Assembly: GCF_021869535.1 (NCBI RefSeq)
Contig: NW_026262679.1
Coordinates: 4,216,001 to 4,280,000 of the forward strand
DNA from: Mytilus californianus
Lineage: Eukaryota
Length of the DNA: 64,000 nt
Direction: 5' to 3'
How positions within the stretch are numbered: position 1 is the first letter of the stretch; each line of letters starts with the position of its first letter. The notes below the pieces were generated by a model. That model ran no database searches. It worked only from the letters and a program-made list of their open reading frames with translations, and was not told the DNA's origin. Below, in pieces: positions 1 to 13,910 of this stretch. The translations under genes and the position numbers were made by a program.

Positions 1-3000
1 TTTGAACTTCAGAGTTGCTGCTTTTCTATAAACTCCTGTCATTAAGGCAGATTACTACATACCCTTATGTTCTTTCACAAAATTCATCAATGATAAATTT
101 CAAAGTGAAGGTTCATTGGAAGATGCATATAGTTTAACATCAATTTTGGGGTGTTATTTAATTTGCTTACTTTTCAAAACAAGTTTAAGTTAAGTTATAA
201 TCTATATCATTCTTGAATATACAAACAAGCAACCATACAATTTGTACTAAAAAGAATGTATAAAGTGAAAGTACATATCAAGAAGCAATAATTATCACTG
301 AAAAATGGAAAGATGTTCATACCTCATGTTTTGTTAGTATGATGTTAGGATTATTTTGTAAGTAGTTTGAGTCAGGATAGCTTGAAAATGAAGCGAAACT
401 TCAAACTCACCGTGGAAGATTTGCACCATTTAGGTGTCTGAATAATCTGAAAAGGGGATGGCAGGTTTAAGGTCAAGGACAGAAGACTATTATGTTTCCC
501 AGACAAAAATGGAAGATTACAGAAAAAAACTTTTAAATAAAAACCTCAATCATGTAGTGCAAAGATCTCTACTTTTTTTCCATTTTATAATATTCGAACT
601 ATTTCTTTTTCACTGGTTTTGTATGTATATACATGTATATGCTTAATGCATACATTTCTTTTCTTTAATAGTAAACAATTTCAGTCAAAAAACCTGGTTT
701 ATGTAATTAAAATGATTCATTGTTGACTGTTTTGATTTCTGTATCAAGACAAAAGGATGTTTAACAACATAAAAAGCTATGTTTACATTAACACTACATG
801 TACTTGAGGACTAAAGAACTAAAATATTTGAACTAAAATTAAATAATAACTATACTATAACTGTTTGTTAAAAGCATGGACTATCTATGGATAAAAAAGG
901 AGTGAAAAGACAAAAGATAAAATTAGCAAAATAAACAACATTAATTAAAATCATGAGTGACCACACAGCCAATTTTAAACTTTCAAAGGGAGATAATCTT
1001 CAAATGACAATGTACATGTTCTTCACAGTAACACATGATTACAGGTACTGGCTATCATTAAAATAAATTTTGTAAGTTACAGATACATGAATACCCAGGG
1101 CTTCACATTTTTCTATTGGTTGAAGGGTTCCAGATTGTCAATTTATCATTCTCATAAGTCTACCTTCCTTTGTTAAAATTCAATTTACATTTATGATGTC
1201 AATAAACTTTGTTTAGAAATTATGTAAAATATATGCACTAATAATAATTAGTCTATATGTAGTAGGATAGACACCCCATCCATTTATAATAATTTTACAT
1301 ACATTTTTACTAGACATCTACTAGACATCTTTATATCTGAATTAATAACAGTATCTGGACAATAAATAACCCTTGTTCTTTGTAAATTGTTTTGTTATAA
1401 ATTAGGCCGCAAGTCAAAATGCAAGTTTTCTCAATTGAATTGTTTCATATTTTTCATGTCGGGCCTTTTATAGCCGCCTATACCGTATGGGTTTTTCTCA
1501 TTGTTGAAGGCTGTACAATTGCCTATATAATTGCTTACATCCACTTCATTTGAACTTTGGTGGATAGTTGTCTAATTGGAAATTATACCACATCTCCTTA
1601 TTTTTGTCTTGAATAAAGGTAGGATTTTATTTTTTATAAGGCAAAGAAAACTCACATATCTGCAAGAAGAAAATTAAGTTCAGGTAAACAAAAAACATAA
1701 TAAAGGGGATATTTATATATGTCAATGTAAAAGATAATCTGTTGTAAAATAAATTGCCTAACAAAAGTGCACTTTTTCTAAGACTGTTCCCCTCGATCTC
1801 TGTCCTCAGTTTCTAGCTAGAAAACTGTTGAACCTTGACTAACTTTTACCAAAATCAAAATGTTTTGTTCATATCCAAGGCCAATTATCTTCCAAAGATT
1901 GCTAAAGATCTTAATTATAGCTCACAAGATAATAAGTTGTCCTGAATTAATTTTTCCCAAAATGCAGTTTACTGTGCACTATGACCTTGATCTTTGATAC
2001 AAAAATCAATAGGGGTGCTTAAATTTCCTGTGGACATTTACAAGGTTAGTTTGAGGAAGGTTTGATATATATATGGTTCAAAAGATATCATCTGGAAACT
2101 AAAATTTTGAACCAAATTCAGTTTACCAATAACTGCTACATGTATGATCTATACCACCAACCTACTGACCCCAAAAATAATAGAGGGTCTTCTTCAATCA
2201 ATTATCAAACTAAGTTTGGAATCAGTTGGACATACATGTATGGTTCAAAAGAAATTCTTTTATAGATAGAAAGATTTGGTTTTAATGTTTGGTTGTACAA
2301 TGTACATTTGTACGTGTAGAATTCTTATATAAACTGTGATATCACATCCTAATTTTTATGGTAATGTTGTTATAAAGCATGCAAATTTAAATATGATTTA
2401 TTGTTCCTTTGAATTAACTTATTTGTAAAGGATATTATTTGAACACTGAAGCAAGATCTTTGAACAAGGCTTTTATAGGTACACACACTTGATTTTTTTC
2501 TGGATAAATTAAAACATTAATTAATGCATGTACATGTATGTAATGCTTTTCATTTATGAAAACTTATGGTCCTTAATCCTGTCCATATTATGCACTTATA
2601 TTTCCGAATCACACAAGGTTTTCCTCAGACTGTCTATGACTTCTTTACACCAAATTTGGATGTGTATTGATTAAATCTTCAGTCTGGGAGAGCCTGATTT
2701 ATTGTATTGGTTGTTATTGGCTTTGTTGAACTAACTTTCAGTAACAGTGGTACATTTGTACTTGATTCAATACTTTGTGTCGTTTGGTACATGTATATGT
2801 TAGTAGTTTATGTGCTTCATCCATGCTGATCTGGTGAGTCAAGCCATTTGAAACTGATTTTTACAGTTTGTAGTTTTACTGTCACAACATTGTCCCTGGT
2901 AAGGGGAAGGTTTAGAGCTCACAAGCATATTTATCCCGGTCACATTCTTTATGTGTCTGTCCCAAGTCAGGATCCTGTAATTCAGTGGTTTGTGTTCTTG

Positions 3001-5058
3001 CTCATTGTTGAAGGCTGTAAGGGGACTTATAATTGCTTAAATCCACATTATTTGGACTCTATTGGATAGTTGTTCTCTTGGCAATCATACACATAAGGAA
3101 GTAGTCTGATACTTGTGCTGACAATTTACAGCTCATCACTCTAAAGATGCTGACCAAATATGAGAAAAGGGTGACAGAAATATTTGTTGGATAAACAGAC
3201 AGACAAAGTGAATACATTATAGCCTCCACTTTTAATCCTAGAGTGGGGATATAAAATGATCATTTAAGAAGAGGTTGATGAATGGTTTCAGTCATAGTGA
3301 CATTTTTTGTAAATATTGAATATCCGATCGCTTTGCTTATTACAGTTTCTGATTAACTTTTATCAATTATTGTTTTTTATGTTAATAAAAATAAAGGCTT
3401 ATATTGATCTTTGAAAAAGTTTACAGATGACATACAGGTATATATGCCAACATGAACATGGCCAAGTGATGGTTATAATTCATGTTCTTATCTAAAATGT
3501 AGTTACTATAGGTTCTCTATTGGCTTTTGTTCATGATCGAGTTAGTATTTTAATCTAAAATAAAATTCAAAGTTACAATCATTGTGTTCATTATTTTGTT
3601 ATCAAACTGTTTCATATTTTCAAATGAAGGGCTTATCAAATGCAAGTAAATATAAAATTAAGAAAGGTCTTTTAACCAGGGCTTCCAAAATTATTTTTAG
3701 CCATATGGACATTTTATATATTATCCTGATTTTAATCCCTTATGACTAAATAAACAAAAGGCAATTATGGTAATCAGTTGCCGAGTTGGCCATCCCAATG
3801 ATTGACATTAAAATAAAAACGATATTAAACTTTCTTTGATTCAAATTCGAAGTTCTGACGTAAACTGTTAAAGTGGCAGTGCATCATTCTAAGTGTGCAA
3901 CATCAGCGTACTTATATCTGCCTTAGACTCTTTATTTGTGCAAAATAACGTTATCAAAAACTTTACTTTCTTTTTTAAATATAATACCAGATGTTATCTT
4001 GACAATGGTTAAACATGGACCAGCGACGGATACGTAAATTCCGTGTATGTTTGCAAATCATGAATGATTGTAAGTAGCTCTTTCTGCATTATTTCTTCAA
4101 GAAAATATTTGAAACAAACGTGAGATAAAGGTATCAATGACAATTTAAGCATTTTTTGAAGAAATTAGGATGCATAATCAAATTTCACACCTGTGCACAC
4201 GTGTACTAGTTCAAACAGAGACATGTCTCTGGTTCAAACAACGTGGTTATGACGATTTTTCAGTTTCACCTTTTTAACTTTTTCATCAAATCATATTTGT
4301 AAACGTATTTCTGAAAATTTAAATCTTTTTGACTAAATTAATTAGATGCAAACTGCTGAAATGTAAGAAAATAACTTTGAACAGACCGATCAATGTCCGG
4401 TTCAAAATAGTTTACCTGTCACCTGAACAGGTAAATTTCAGATGTTGGACAACTAATTAGCCTTGATTAAAATGAGAAGGTATTAAAGTAGGGGTTGTTT
4501 TGATAGTACTTAAATATAATGATCATGTCACTTTTATGACCGGAAATGTGTGGCTGTTAAAGGCAAAAGGTTGGGTCAAAAAGATCGCGATTAATGTTAA
4601 AATGACTGTCTCTTAAGAAAGCCTTGAAAACTAAAAAGTAGATGACCATTTCATGCTTTGCCCAGCCAAACTTTTACCTGACATTATACAAATGTCCGGA
4701 ATATATGACCGTTTTGGAAGTCTTGCTTTTAACCTATTAAAATACAGAAAGCAGATTTTTTTCATTAAAAAAAAACACAGAGATTTAGCTTTTGGTGTCC
4801 CTTTCCATTGATTTGCATACTGATTGAAGTAAAACATCATTGTGCCCTTTTCTAATTCTTGACAAGACACCTCTCCATCCCAACAGCGTAAAAACATACC
4901 AAAACCATTCATTTCATTGTGGTACATGTACATAAAACCTTACATTCAAATGGTTTACTTGCATGACTAGCGTGTGATCACTCAATAATTAGTATTATAA
5001 AACTGGTATATTGTTAAATTAAAGCAACTTATAAAACAGAAAAAGAATTGCAGCTTAC

Positions 5059-5120
5059 CTCCTCCAACTGGTGTCTGGTGGTGGTGACAAATACGCAGAA
5101 CCATAAGGGGAACAATTTGT
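5059..5120 (-). CDS. CRTC1: CRTC coding exon 4 (gene continues; later exons not found in window)
   Basis: ttttcAG acceptor, TNCSPYGSAYLSPPPDTSWR(R), GTAAG donor in phase 2. Matches the CRTC SPY...YLSPPP..WRR motif preceding the SIK/AMPK site. Confidence 0.92.
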
Positions 5121-5256
5121 CTGAAATAGTAAATCTTATCGTTACAACTGTTCAACATGGTGCTTTAAAAGTGGTCTTGATCTTTTAAATGCCACTTCAG
5201 GAATTTGTATGCAAAAATCAGGTGATAGGGGTATGAAAATTACAGGGCTAAGTTAG

Positions 5257-5495
5257 TCCAAAAAAAATATATGTTTGTTTAAGGTTACATCATGAAAAAA
5301 ATAGGTTCACGATTGTGAACACTTAGATGTATCAGGCAATTGATTTATTTTATTGGCAACTCTTAACTTCGCTTTTGAAACAAGTTCAGTTAATTTGTCA
5401 CTTTCAATGGGAATAAAATGACTTAGGGTAGACGCTCAAAAGTAAGGTCAGTCGTGTAACCGTAAACAGAAACATATATGTTTTTTGGCCTTAGC
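5257..5495. mobile_element. Short non-autonomous DNA transposon (MITE) in CRTC intron
   Basis: Imperfect ~35-bp inverted termini (tagtccaaaaaaaatatatgtttgtttaaggttac / gtaaccgtaaacagaaacatatatgttttttggcctta). Confidence 0.55.
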
Positions 5496-6243
5496 ATGAT
5501 TTTAAATAACTCTAATAAACTCGGTTCTTTTACTAGAATTTAAAGAGTGCTATAAGAATCAATGTTTACATATATATAATCAAATGAAAAGTTTGATAAT
5601 ACTGCAGAGTGCATTTTGGGGTACTTGTCTATGACAAAAAAAAACCACCAATAAAACAAAACTATAAGACATCCTATGGCCAACATATCGTTTCTTGAAA
5701 ATATCCAAATGTTCATAGAAAAATTCAAGTTTGCTGATAACTTTTTACATCACAGAACACTTGAGTAATTGTTTTGCAAAATCAATTAGGTCAAGTCAGA
5801 CAAATTGCATCAAACTGTAATAAAGCTATGGAACATATATATAGATAGATATATATGTCAATCTCTTATCCAAACCTATTCTAGACAATCTATCGATAGA
5901 TTAAACAGAAACTAGATATGCCATAAGCACAAAGTCAGCAATCCCTTGCACTATTTAGTAATAAGTTCACATAATTTTAATACTCAGTATGCACAGTTTC
6001 TGAAAGCTAGTTCAAAGTCCTTAATTTTTAACTTATATGATGCTAACAGATACTATATTTTTCCCAGGAACATATGTTTTCCCAGACTTAAATATCAAAG
6101 AACTTTTCATATCTTGTGTGCAAAATTATGTCAGTGTGACATCAACTTAAATGAAAGAAACAAAAGAGATGCATTTTTCCTGAAGAACCTATTTGTAAGA
6201 CTGGTAAAATTTATATATTTAAGATAATAAAATGTGTGTGTAC

Positions 6244-6372
6244 CCTTGCTTTATCTATTGGAAATCCTCGTCTGTGTGGACCGAGTGGTCTCCCCTTGTC
6301 TCTGACTGCATGGAATCTACTGTCCATCCGGTTTGGCATCTGTCTCAAATCATCCAAATGCTGAAATGCACT
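6244..6372 (-). CDS. CRTC1: CRTC coding exon 3
   Basis: AG/GT bounded, 129 nt, open in frame: SAFQHLDDLRQMPNRMDSRFHAVRDKGRPLGPHRRGFPIDKAR. Confidence 0.85.
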
Positions 6373-6497
6373 CTATCAAATAAATGAGAACAATTTAAAT
6401 GATGTACCAAAAGAATTATATTTCATTACTATAAACAATAAAATGTAAACAATAATCACACGAGACAACAGTTATGTCAACATCGTAAATATCTCAC

Positions 6498-6614
6498 CTG
6501 TAGATCTATACCGGAATTTGCCACCATCTGGTTGACATTTGGTAAGGACCCGGCTCTATACTGTGTACTTATGTTTTGTTGGAGTTGAAGATGCTGCTTT
6601 TGCATCGACGGGAC
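6498..6614 (-). CDS. CRTC1: CRTC coding exon 2
   Basis: AG/GT bounded, 117 nt: VPSMQKQHLQLQQNISTQYRAGSLPNVNQMVANSGIDLQ, containing the conserved GSLPNVNQ motif. Confidence 0.93.
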
Positions 6615-6729
6615 CTACATATAAATAAATAACAGCGAAAATTAGTTCATGTTGACAAAACACGATTCATAAGTCGACATAATTTAGAATGCTACCGATA
6701 AGGCGTTTCAAGCGACAATAATAACAAAC

Positions 6730-6840
6730 CTTCGTAACAGGCGTTACATCCCGCATTATTGCTTCGAAAGCAGCAGTTTCTTCTGCTTGTTTTTGATTGT
6801 GTAATGCTATTTTTTCACTGAACTTCCGTGGATTCGCCAT
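6730..6840 (-). CDS. CRTC1: CREB-regulated transcription coactivator (CRTC/TORC), coding exon 1
   Basis: ATG at 6840 gives [37 protein letters not shown], the CRTC N-terminal CREB-binding coiled coil. GT donor at 6729-6728, phase 0. Confidence 0.96.
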
Positions 6841-7227
6841 GATGGCAGAAAAGGACAAGCTTGTTATGATTTTGACTTCGCAGGGGGCCTAATCTATTGT
6901 TATCCAATCAAATCCATCCGTGTAATACATGTGATCTTTGATAGGTGGCAGCACAACAAGCACCTGCTAATCTGTATATATGCTGAATTTTCATAATTTA
7001 AAAAAAAATCAGTTACACTAATGTCTTTATCAGTTATAATTTCATCTTGAGTAGTGACATGAAACATCCTATCAAAAGGATGGCGGTTTAGAACCTCTAT
7101 ATCATTTCATATCCAATGTCGTTCTAACCAATCACTGTAATTAAGATTATGTGCGATTAATTCATGTGTATGAATACATTTATATTGATCCTAGGTTTTA
7201 ATAATATATATATATATATATATATAA

Positions 7228-7408
7228 CAGGGGCGGATCCGGGATTTTAGGTTACGGGGGGGGGGGGGGGGGGTGCAAACTTAAATTTTCGAGGTAATAT
7301 CACCGAAATATTCTTTATTAAGCTGAGGACAACCCTTGCTTTGCAATGTAAAAAAAAAAAAAAAATTGGTGGGGGAGGGGGGCGCACCCCCGCCTGAATC
7401 CGCCCCTG
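7228..7408. mobile_element. hAT-type MITE
   Basis: Termini CAGGGGCGGAT / ATCCGCCCCTG with an exact 8-bp direct repeat ATATATAA on both sides (7220-7227, 7409-7416). Confidence 0.8.
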
Positions 7409-9129
7409 ATATATAATATAAAAGTCTAAATTGAAAACAACGTTCAAACCTATATATATATATATAAAGTGTTATGAATGATTATTATGCCCAGCAATGG
7501 GCGCCACAATAGACGGCCGCTCAATGAAATATCTTGTATCTATCTGCATCACAACTGTGGTATATATAAGTTCCAAGAGCTCTGAAAAGTGTCATAATAT
7601 AATTATTATTGTCTCTAGGACTACTTTATAACATAGTAGTCTCAGCTAGATTGTCTTAATCTGAATTCTTAGCAGTGGCGGATCCCGGGGGCAAGGGTTT
7701 AGTCAAAATGATTGTAAATAGGAATATCCCGAAATATTTCAAGAGCTCCATAATTCGAATTCAGGATACGCATAAATCCTTGAGGACCACCTGAAATATT
7801 TCAGGAACTCTATAATTCGATTTCAGAATGTCCTGAAATATTTCTGGATTTAGGAACCACCATAATTTGATTAAAAGATAACATGAAATTGAATTGTAAA
7901 TTAAGATCCTGAAATTTGTCACGACCTCCTTAAATATACCCAACACTAACAAAAGAAACGCACCACCTACATTAATTTCTTTGGAGGAAACATTTCTATT
8001 GCATATAAAAAAAATCAAAATGATTGAAATTTGTCAAAATTTTACACAACATTTCTGAAACACCAAATAATGTGAAAATGAGAATTTTATATTTTTTTTT
8101 TAATTTTTGATATCTTAAAAAACACCTTTTAACAAAAAAAAGAATGTTGCCAATTTTGCGAAAACTAAAGTCGCGTATAACTTTTCACATGAAAAAAATA
8201 CAATCGAAAATGACTTTTATTTTTAATTTCTCATCCGAATTCTTGTCTAATGACAATTTGAAATTGACTTATCTCAGACTTTTAATTTTTGACCTTTTTG
8301 ATTGCTTTCTCTATGGTGCCACTAAAATGATTTTTTTTTAATGTAAACTCTGTATTAATTTCAAGGTTATGCTTAAGATATTATAGATTTCTACAAATGT
8401 GTAGCAAAAGCAAGAAATTGTGAAACTTCTATGGTAGGATGGTATGTTCTAAGTATAAAATCATTTAGGAAATTGTGGAGATCCTGAAATATTTCAGAAT
8501 TTTCTTCAAATACAATAATTAAAATAATCATGACTTTAAGAAATGACAAGAAAAGTAAATACACCACTGCTTCAAGGATATTCACGTGTTAAAAAACCGC
8601 ATTCCGAATATAAATTCAACCGCCGTCAATCAAAATTCCCCTTCTGAATTTATCACTTTTCACAATTGTGTCAAAGGTGGCAAAGCAGCTGCAGCCAGAT
8701 TATTAAATTAAAATGCACGTAGATATCCACAAATATTCCCGTGCAATGCCGGAATATGACTAACCTGCTCTACATTATCTTATAATAATTCTGTTAGGTC
8801 AACAGCGAACGGGAGAACTATTTCACTCTCATTTTCCTGTGACATTACATGAAAAACTTAAAGCCTCATTTATCTCTTGCTTGAACAAAACCAAAGTGTG
8901 TTATGCAATATCTAGGACAAACAGGACGGGATTTTTTTTAGACGAACGCAGGAACATCTATACTGCTTCCGAAAACCTAAGAAATTCAGAAGTATAATAT
9001 ACATGTACTAACATTTAGGAAAACACAATCACAATATTAAACTAATAAAATTCCAACCTCTCGAAACGATCCCGAAACAACCAGGGCAATCGCATAAACA
9101 ATTTGAAGATTCCCGTAAACTTATCGCAC

Positions 9130-11560
9130 TGTCTTAGATTTAATGACTGTAGACATCATATCCCATTGGTCTAAATGACAATAAAATGGGACAAAGGAAC
9201 ATATATTAAACGTCTTCTATTGATATCATGAATATTGTTGATAAAAGACAACGTGACAATAGGTCTCATGACAAACGTATAAATCGAAATCAACGAATTA
9301 AACATCGTTCACATTATACACTTGACGATCTTCTATCTATATTCAAAAACAATGGTAGACATCAATTATTATGTAAACTGGGTCAATTACCGAGTAATAA
9401 ATTACATGATATTTTCAAGGGGTGTGACACAATCTCGTTTTTGAGCCCACTCTATGATGTACACGTATCATTTCAGCTTTTCGTCACCATATGTTGTTCC
9501 CGCGTATCGATAAACGTGAACATCATAAACGGCCTTTTCTGAAAATTAGATATATTAACAGAGATATTGATTTTATCGTCTTATCTAGTATACTTAAGGA
9601 CTCTACCATTTAAAACTTTATACCTCCTTATTTTGATTAACACAGAACCACCTATTATTTCTTATACATACACATAAACCAGCAGAAGTTTAATTTTTAG
9701 ATATACGTCAGTAGCATCAGACGTCAGTGTAGAAAATAATACTCCTCTAACTTGAGACTGTGAATCGTTGAGTTTTAGATATGATCCCCATGGCCCGGTG
9801 TTATTACGGGGACCTCAATATCGTTCAAGACCGAGAGGTTAAAAACCTTTTGAAAAAATGACCAAAATATCGTCCTACATTTAAAGAAAGATTGGAAACA
9901 GTGTCGTCATGTCACAAAAGACTCTTTCAAGTACTTGCAAAGCGGTTTGTGTTTGTACCGGCTGAAAAAGCAACCAACACTGTGGTGGTGGAATGACGTA
10001 ATTACTACACGGAAAATTTTAAGAATTAAATTATAGATTCTTCTACATTCAGTTCCGTGCGCTCCACAGAGAGTCATATATTTAACAATCATATCATAAC
10101 CACATCACAGCTTAAGGCGACTTCTGAACATTGAAGGCCCCTACTATGATAACCTAAACTGCCAAAAAAAACCCCACAAAATATAGTCTCATCTCGGTCT
10201 GTAGTAAGTGTTCTACAACTAATGTTTCAGTGCTATTAACTAGTCCCTTAACCACTATCAAAGAAGTTATCAACTTTTGTAATAAATCATATGAAAATAG
10301 TGGAATTAACTATTTTTGGAGAGTAAAAAATTCTTTGGATGTTTTAGATAAATTACATGCTTTTTTTTTGCTTCGTGTTGAAGCCCTCACTGTGACTTTG
10401 AGATGAAAAACAGCGCTGATCCTTTGCTTTTTGTGTGTGTTTTTTACTGTGCATGTACTGATTTTGTGTCATTGATGGATATTCCATATCCTTTGTTTTT
10501 CTATTATTTTGATGGTTCATTTGATTCTGTTGACAGTTTTGACTTTTCAACTCTTTACACTTCACTTCCATACAATATTATCAAACATAAGTTTTCTTAT
10601 ATATATGATTAAATAGTCGTTTGAAATATCTGATTTCAAATATATTTGCTGCAACCCATTTAAACCCTTCTCCTTTAACGTGAAAGGTAAATTACTGTAG
10701 GTGTGATGAGATGATCGAAGCTGTTAATTTTCTCCTTGGCAACATTTATGTACGTTTCGGCAATAAAGTTCACATCAACAGGTTGCAGGTATTCCTACAT
10801 GCACCAATTGCGCCCCTTTGATAGCAGACTTATTTTTGTACTGTCATGAATCACATTTTATAGCCAAACTCAGTAAAGACCCATCTAAATTGCATTTACT
10901 AGTAATTGATAAATTCAACAACACTTACCGTTATCTTGATGATATATTTTCGTTAAATAATCAAGAATTTTCAAAATATACCACCGAAATTTACCCAAAG
11001 GAACTTACATTGAATAAATCACGTATACACGGTAATAACTGTCTTTTTCTGGATTTAGATACTTCAGTTTTATGGGAAACTCTACACACAAAATTACGAC
11101 AAAAGGGACGATTTTTCGTTCCCTATTATTAATTTCCCCCTATTTTGGACGGCGATGTTCCTTTGCCACCATCTTACGGTGTTTATAAATCACAACTCGT
11201 TCGCTATGTCCGTGTTTGTAGTGACGTTTTGTATTTCGATAAACGTAATCTATGTATTACTGGTAAATTATTATTTCAGGGATTTTGATATCACAAACTA
11301 TTTAAAACCTTTACTAAATTCTTCCATAGATACAAATATTTGTTTTGGAAGTTTGGCTGTACCTGTATTTTCAAACGGGAAAGCACATCCTTATTTTTAC
11401 GGAGATGTTGTTTACCGAGCCCGGAAATTTAAATAAGATCCGGGTAAACTTATCCATCCTTTAAATAAACTTATTCTAAAAGGTTACCAATTCAACTTTG
11501 AATATTGGGTATATTGGTATAAATATTGATTTTGTTATCAGTAAATTAAATCCAAACTGA
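9130..11560 (+). mobile_element. Decayed Penelope-like retroelement with endonuclease upstream of RT (Naiad/Chlamys-type)
   Basis: Frameshifted ORF in the order GIY-YIG C-terminal motif (TSYPIGLND, ~9150-9180), linker (9228-9542; VITGDLNI...PKYR), then RT (DSFDFSTLYTSLP; NCAPLIADLFLY; YRYLDDIF; KRDDFSFPIINFP). Stop at 11558-11560. A ~140-bp insertion sits near 10370-10507. Confidence 0.85.
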
Positions 11561-12380
11561 ATATTATTGTTATATACATATGCACTTTCACGGTTCTACA
11601 ATCTGTTGATACCTGTATCTTGGCATTGCACAAGGTCATGTTTTTCTCTGACTATTAATGACATCTTCACGCTAAATCCATTGGATGTTGGACGTGTACT
11701 GGTTGATATTTCAGTCTTAGATACATGATTTTATTAGTTGTTACTGGCTTTGAAAGTATCTGCGAGTACTCTGAGATCTGTATTTAATGTCTTTTTTATT
11801 GTGGGGATGTATAAATACCCTGCCACGTCCGGTCTGTGTTTTCGTTTGATGTTTTCTGCTTTTTATCGATCTAATGAGTTAAGTCTATTTCATTTGTTAT
11901 AGTTTGTTATTGTGTTGCACTATTATACCACTATCCCAGGTTAGGGGGAGGGTTTGGTGCCAGCAAACTATTTTAGCCTCGCCACATTCTATATATGCGC
12001 CTGTCCCAAGTCAGGAGCCTGTATTTGAGTGATTGTCGTTTATTGCTGTTTCTCATATTTTTTTTCGTTTATTGTTTGTAAAGTTTGTTCTTGTGTTATG
12101 CCGTTACACCACTGTCCTAGATTAAGGGAGGGTTGGTGCCTTCAAAAATGTTTAACATCGCCAAATTCTGTGTGTGCCTGTCCCAAGTCAGAAGCCTGTA
12201 ATTCATGTTTGTTTTTCGTTAATTGTTTTGTACATAAATCAGACCGTTATTTTTCTCGTATGAATTGTTTTACATTTGTCATTTCGTGGCCTTTAATAAA
12301 CGTATACCGGTATGTCATTTGGTCTCTAGTGGAGAGTTGTCTCATTGGCAATCATACCACGTCTCCTTATTTTTATATAT
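11561..12380. repeat. 3' tail of the Penelope-like element and abundant dispersed non-autonomous repeat
   Basis: Contains motifs recurring across the window (cctgtcccaagtcaggagcctgta twice; gttgtctcattggcaatcataccacatctcc). Confidence 0.65.
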
Positions 12381-13499
12381 AAATTGTTTACGAATATAGA
12401 AGCTTATTAAGCAAACTATGCTTTAAAGAATAATGATTTAATTGCGGTCCTCTGATATATCGTTCGTGATATTCTCTTCAAATATTGATATCTCCTGTTG
12501 AATGCAACTTCTATGTAGCTAAAGTGTCAATTATAACAGTCCAAGGTCATGAACATGTTAAGGGGTTGTCATTTTAACTACTTTTCCGCTTTTATATTGT
12601 TGATAGTCTGAACCGAATATGTGCAAAAAAGGAACAATTAAGTCGACCGGAAGCGATCACACGTTGTTCCAATTGGAATGCCGAATGCACCAAATGAAAT
12701 TAAAAATGCAATCAATTAAAAATATATGCACCCTAGCTGGTGATATCAGTACCGATCGAGACTTTTTTTGTAAAATTTGAAAAAAAAATGATTTGTAGCC
12801 ACTGAAACTAACACATAGTGTTATAAAGTAGTCTCAAGTAGGTAAATGAAGTCATATTATGATGCACATCATCTTCAAACACTACTTAATGTTTATTTGT
12901 TAAAATATCCAGAATCACATCTTTAGACAGGGAAACTTTAAAAAATCAATGGCTAACACAAAACATGGTGCATCATTACACATGTAGTTACATGTTTAAT
13001 CCTTTGTTTACATTTGCAGGTTGATATATAGCGTATTTATCTACATATTTACCCCATATACATATGTATTAAATAGGTTAAACTGACATGCCTCATCAAA
13101 CTATAATGTTTACATTAAACATATACTGATCAAAAGAAAAGATGCACAGTGGAATGATTGTTAAACAGAAAACAATACAAGAAGTCACTCGTCTAAACTC
13201 GGTCGATCCCGTTCCTCCATCTAAGAATAGAAATGGTTTGACATAGTACTCGAACATTATATATGATTTAATATCTGAAATTAGATATGATGTAACACAA
13301 TGTATATCTATTTTCAGAATATTATCAAATATAATTAATAGTTCCAAATATTTTTTCTTTCATTTGTCACAAACTAATATAGATCTGCAACTTATCTATC
13401 AATGTCAACAACTTGAAATGTAATGAAATATATCCTTCAAATAAAAATAGATTATTATCTAATTAAAGGAGTTCACTTCATAAAAGAAAAATTATATAT

Positions 13500-13910
13500 A
13501 TAGCATTCAGAAAATTAGTTTATACAGAATAACAAAGAAACCTACCACAAAATTCTTCAAACAATTTATCAAAGAATAGAAAAAAAAATCAAAATGTCAT
13601 TTATCATTAAAACAATGTCTTTTAAATTTTTTTCAAAAAAATGAGTTTCCCTTTGTACAGAAAAGGATTAATTCATCAAAAATTAAATTCTTGGGAAAGG
13701 GCTATAACTGAACAACGAGAAAAGCTAAAATCGTGAAAATAGACTTGACCTTCATTTAGTCACAGGAAACAAGATATCTAAATTCGAAAAAATTCTTTAA
13801 AGCGTTTTCATGTAAATGAATGGACACTGTTTGGCAGCCGACCGCCCACCCGCCCGCTGTACATCCCCAAATCAATAACCGATTTTTACTTCGAAAATCC
13901 GGTTAAAAAT
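13500..13910 (+). mobile_element. Helentron/Helitron-like non-autonomous remnant
   Basis: (ccgc)n microsatellite followed by a terminal aaccg...cggtt palindrome and A-run, the layout expected for HINE-type elements. Confidence 0.45.

Noticed and set aside
4200-4440. Palindromes (cagagacatgtctctg; tttacctgt...acaggtaaa) and E-boxes as a regulatory element
   Set aside because: Short palindromes and 6-mers are common in this repeat-rich DNA, and there is no conservation or functional evidence available.
1-5058. CRTC exon 5 (expected RTNSDSALH) and the short ORFs in this interval
   Set aside because: No matching exon was found by eye. The ORFs are low-complexity or repeat-derived, so the region is treated as intron.
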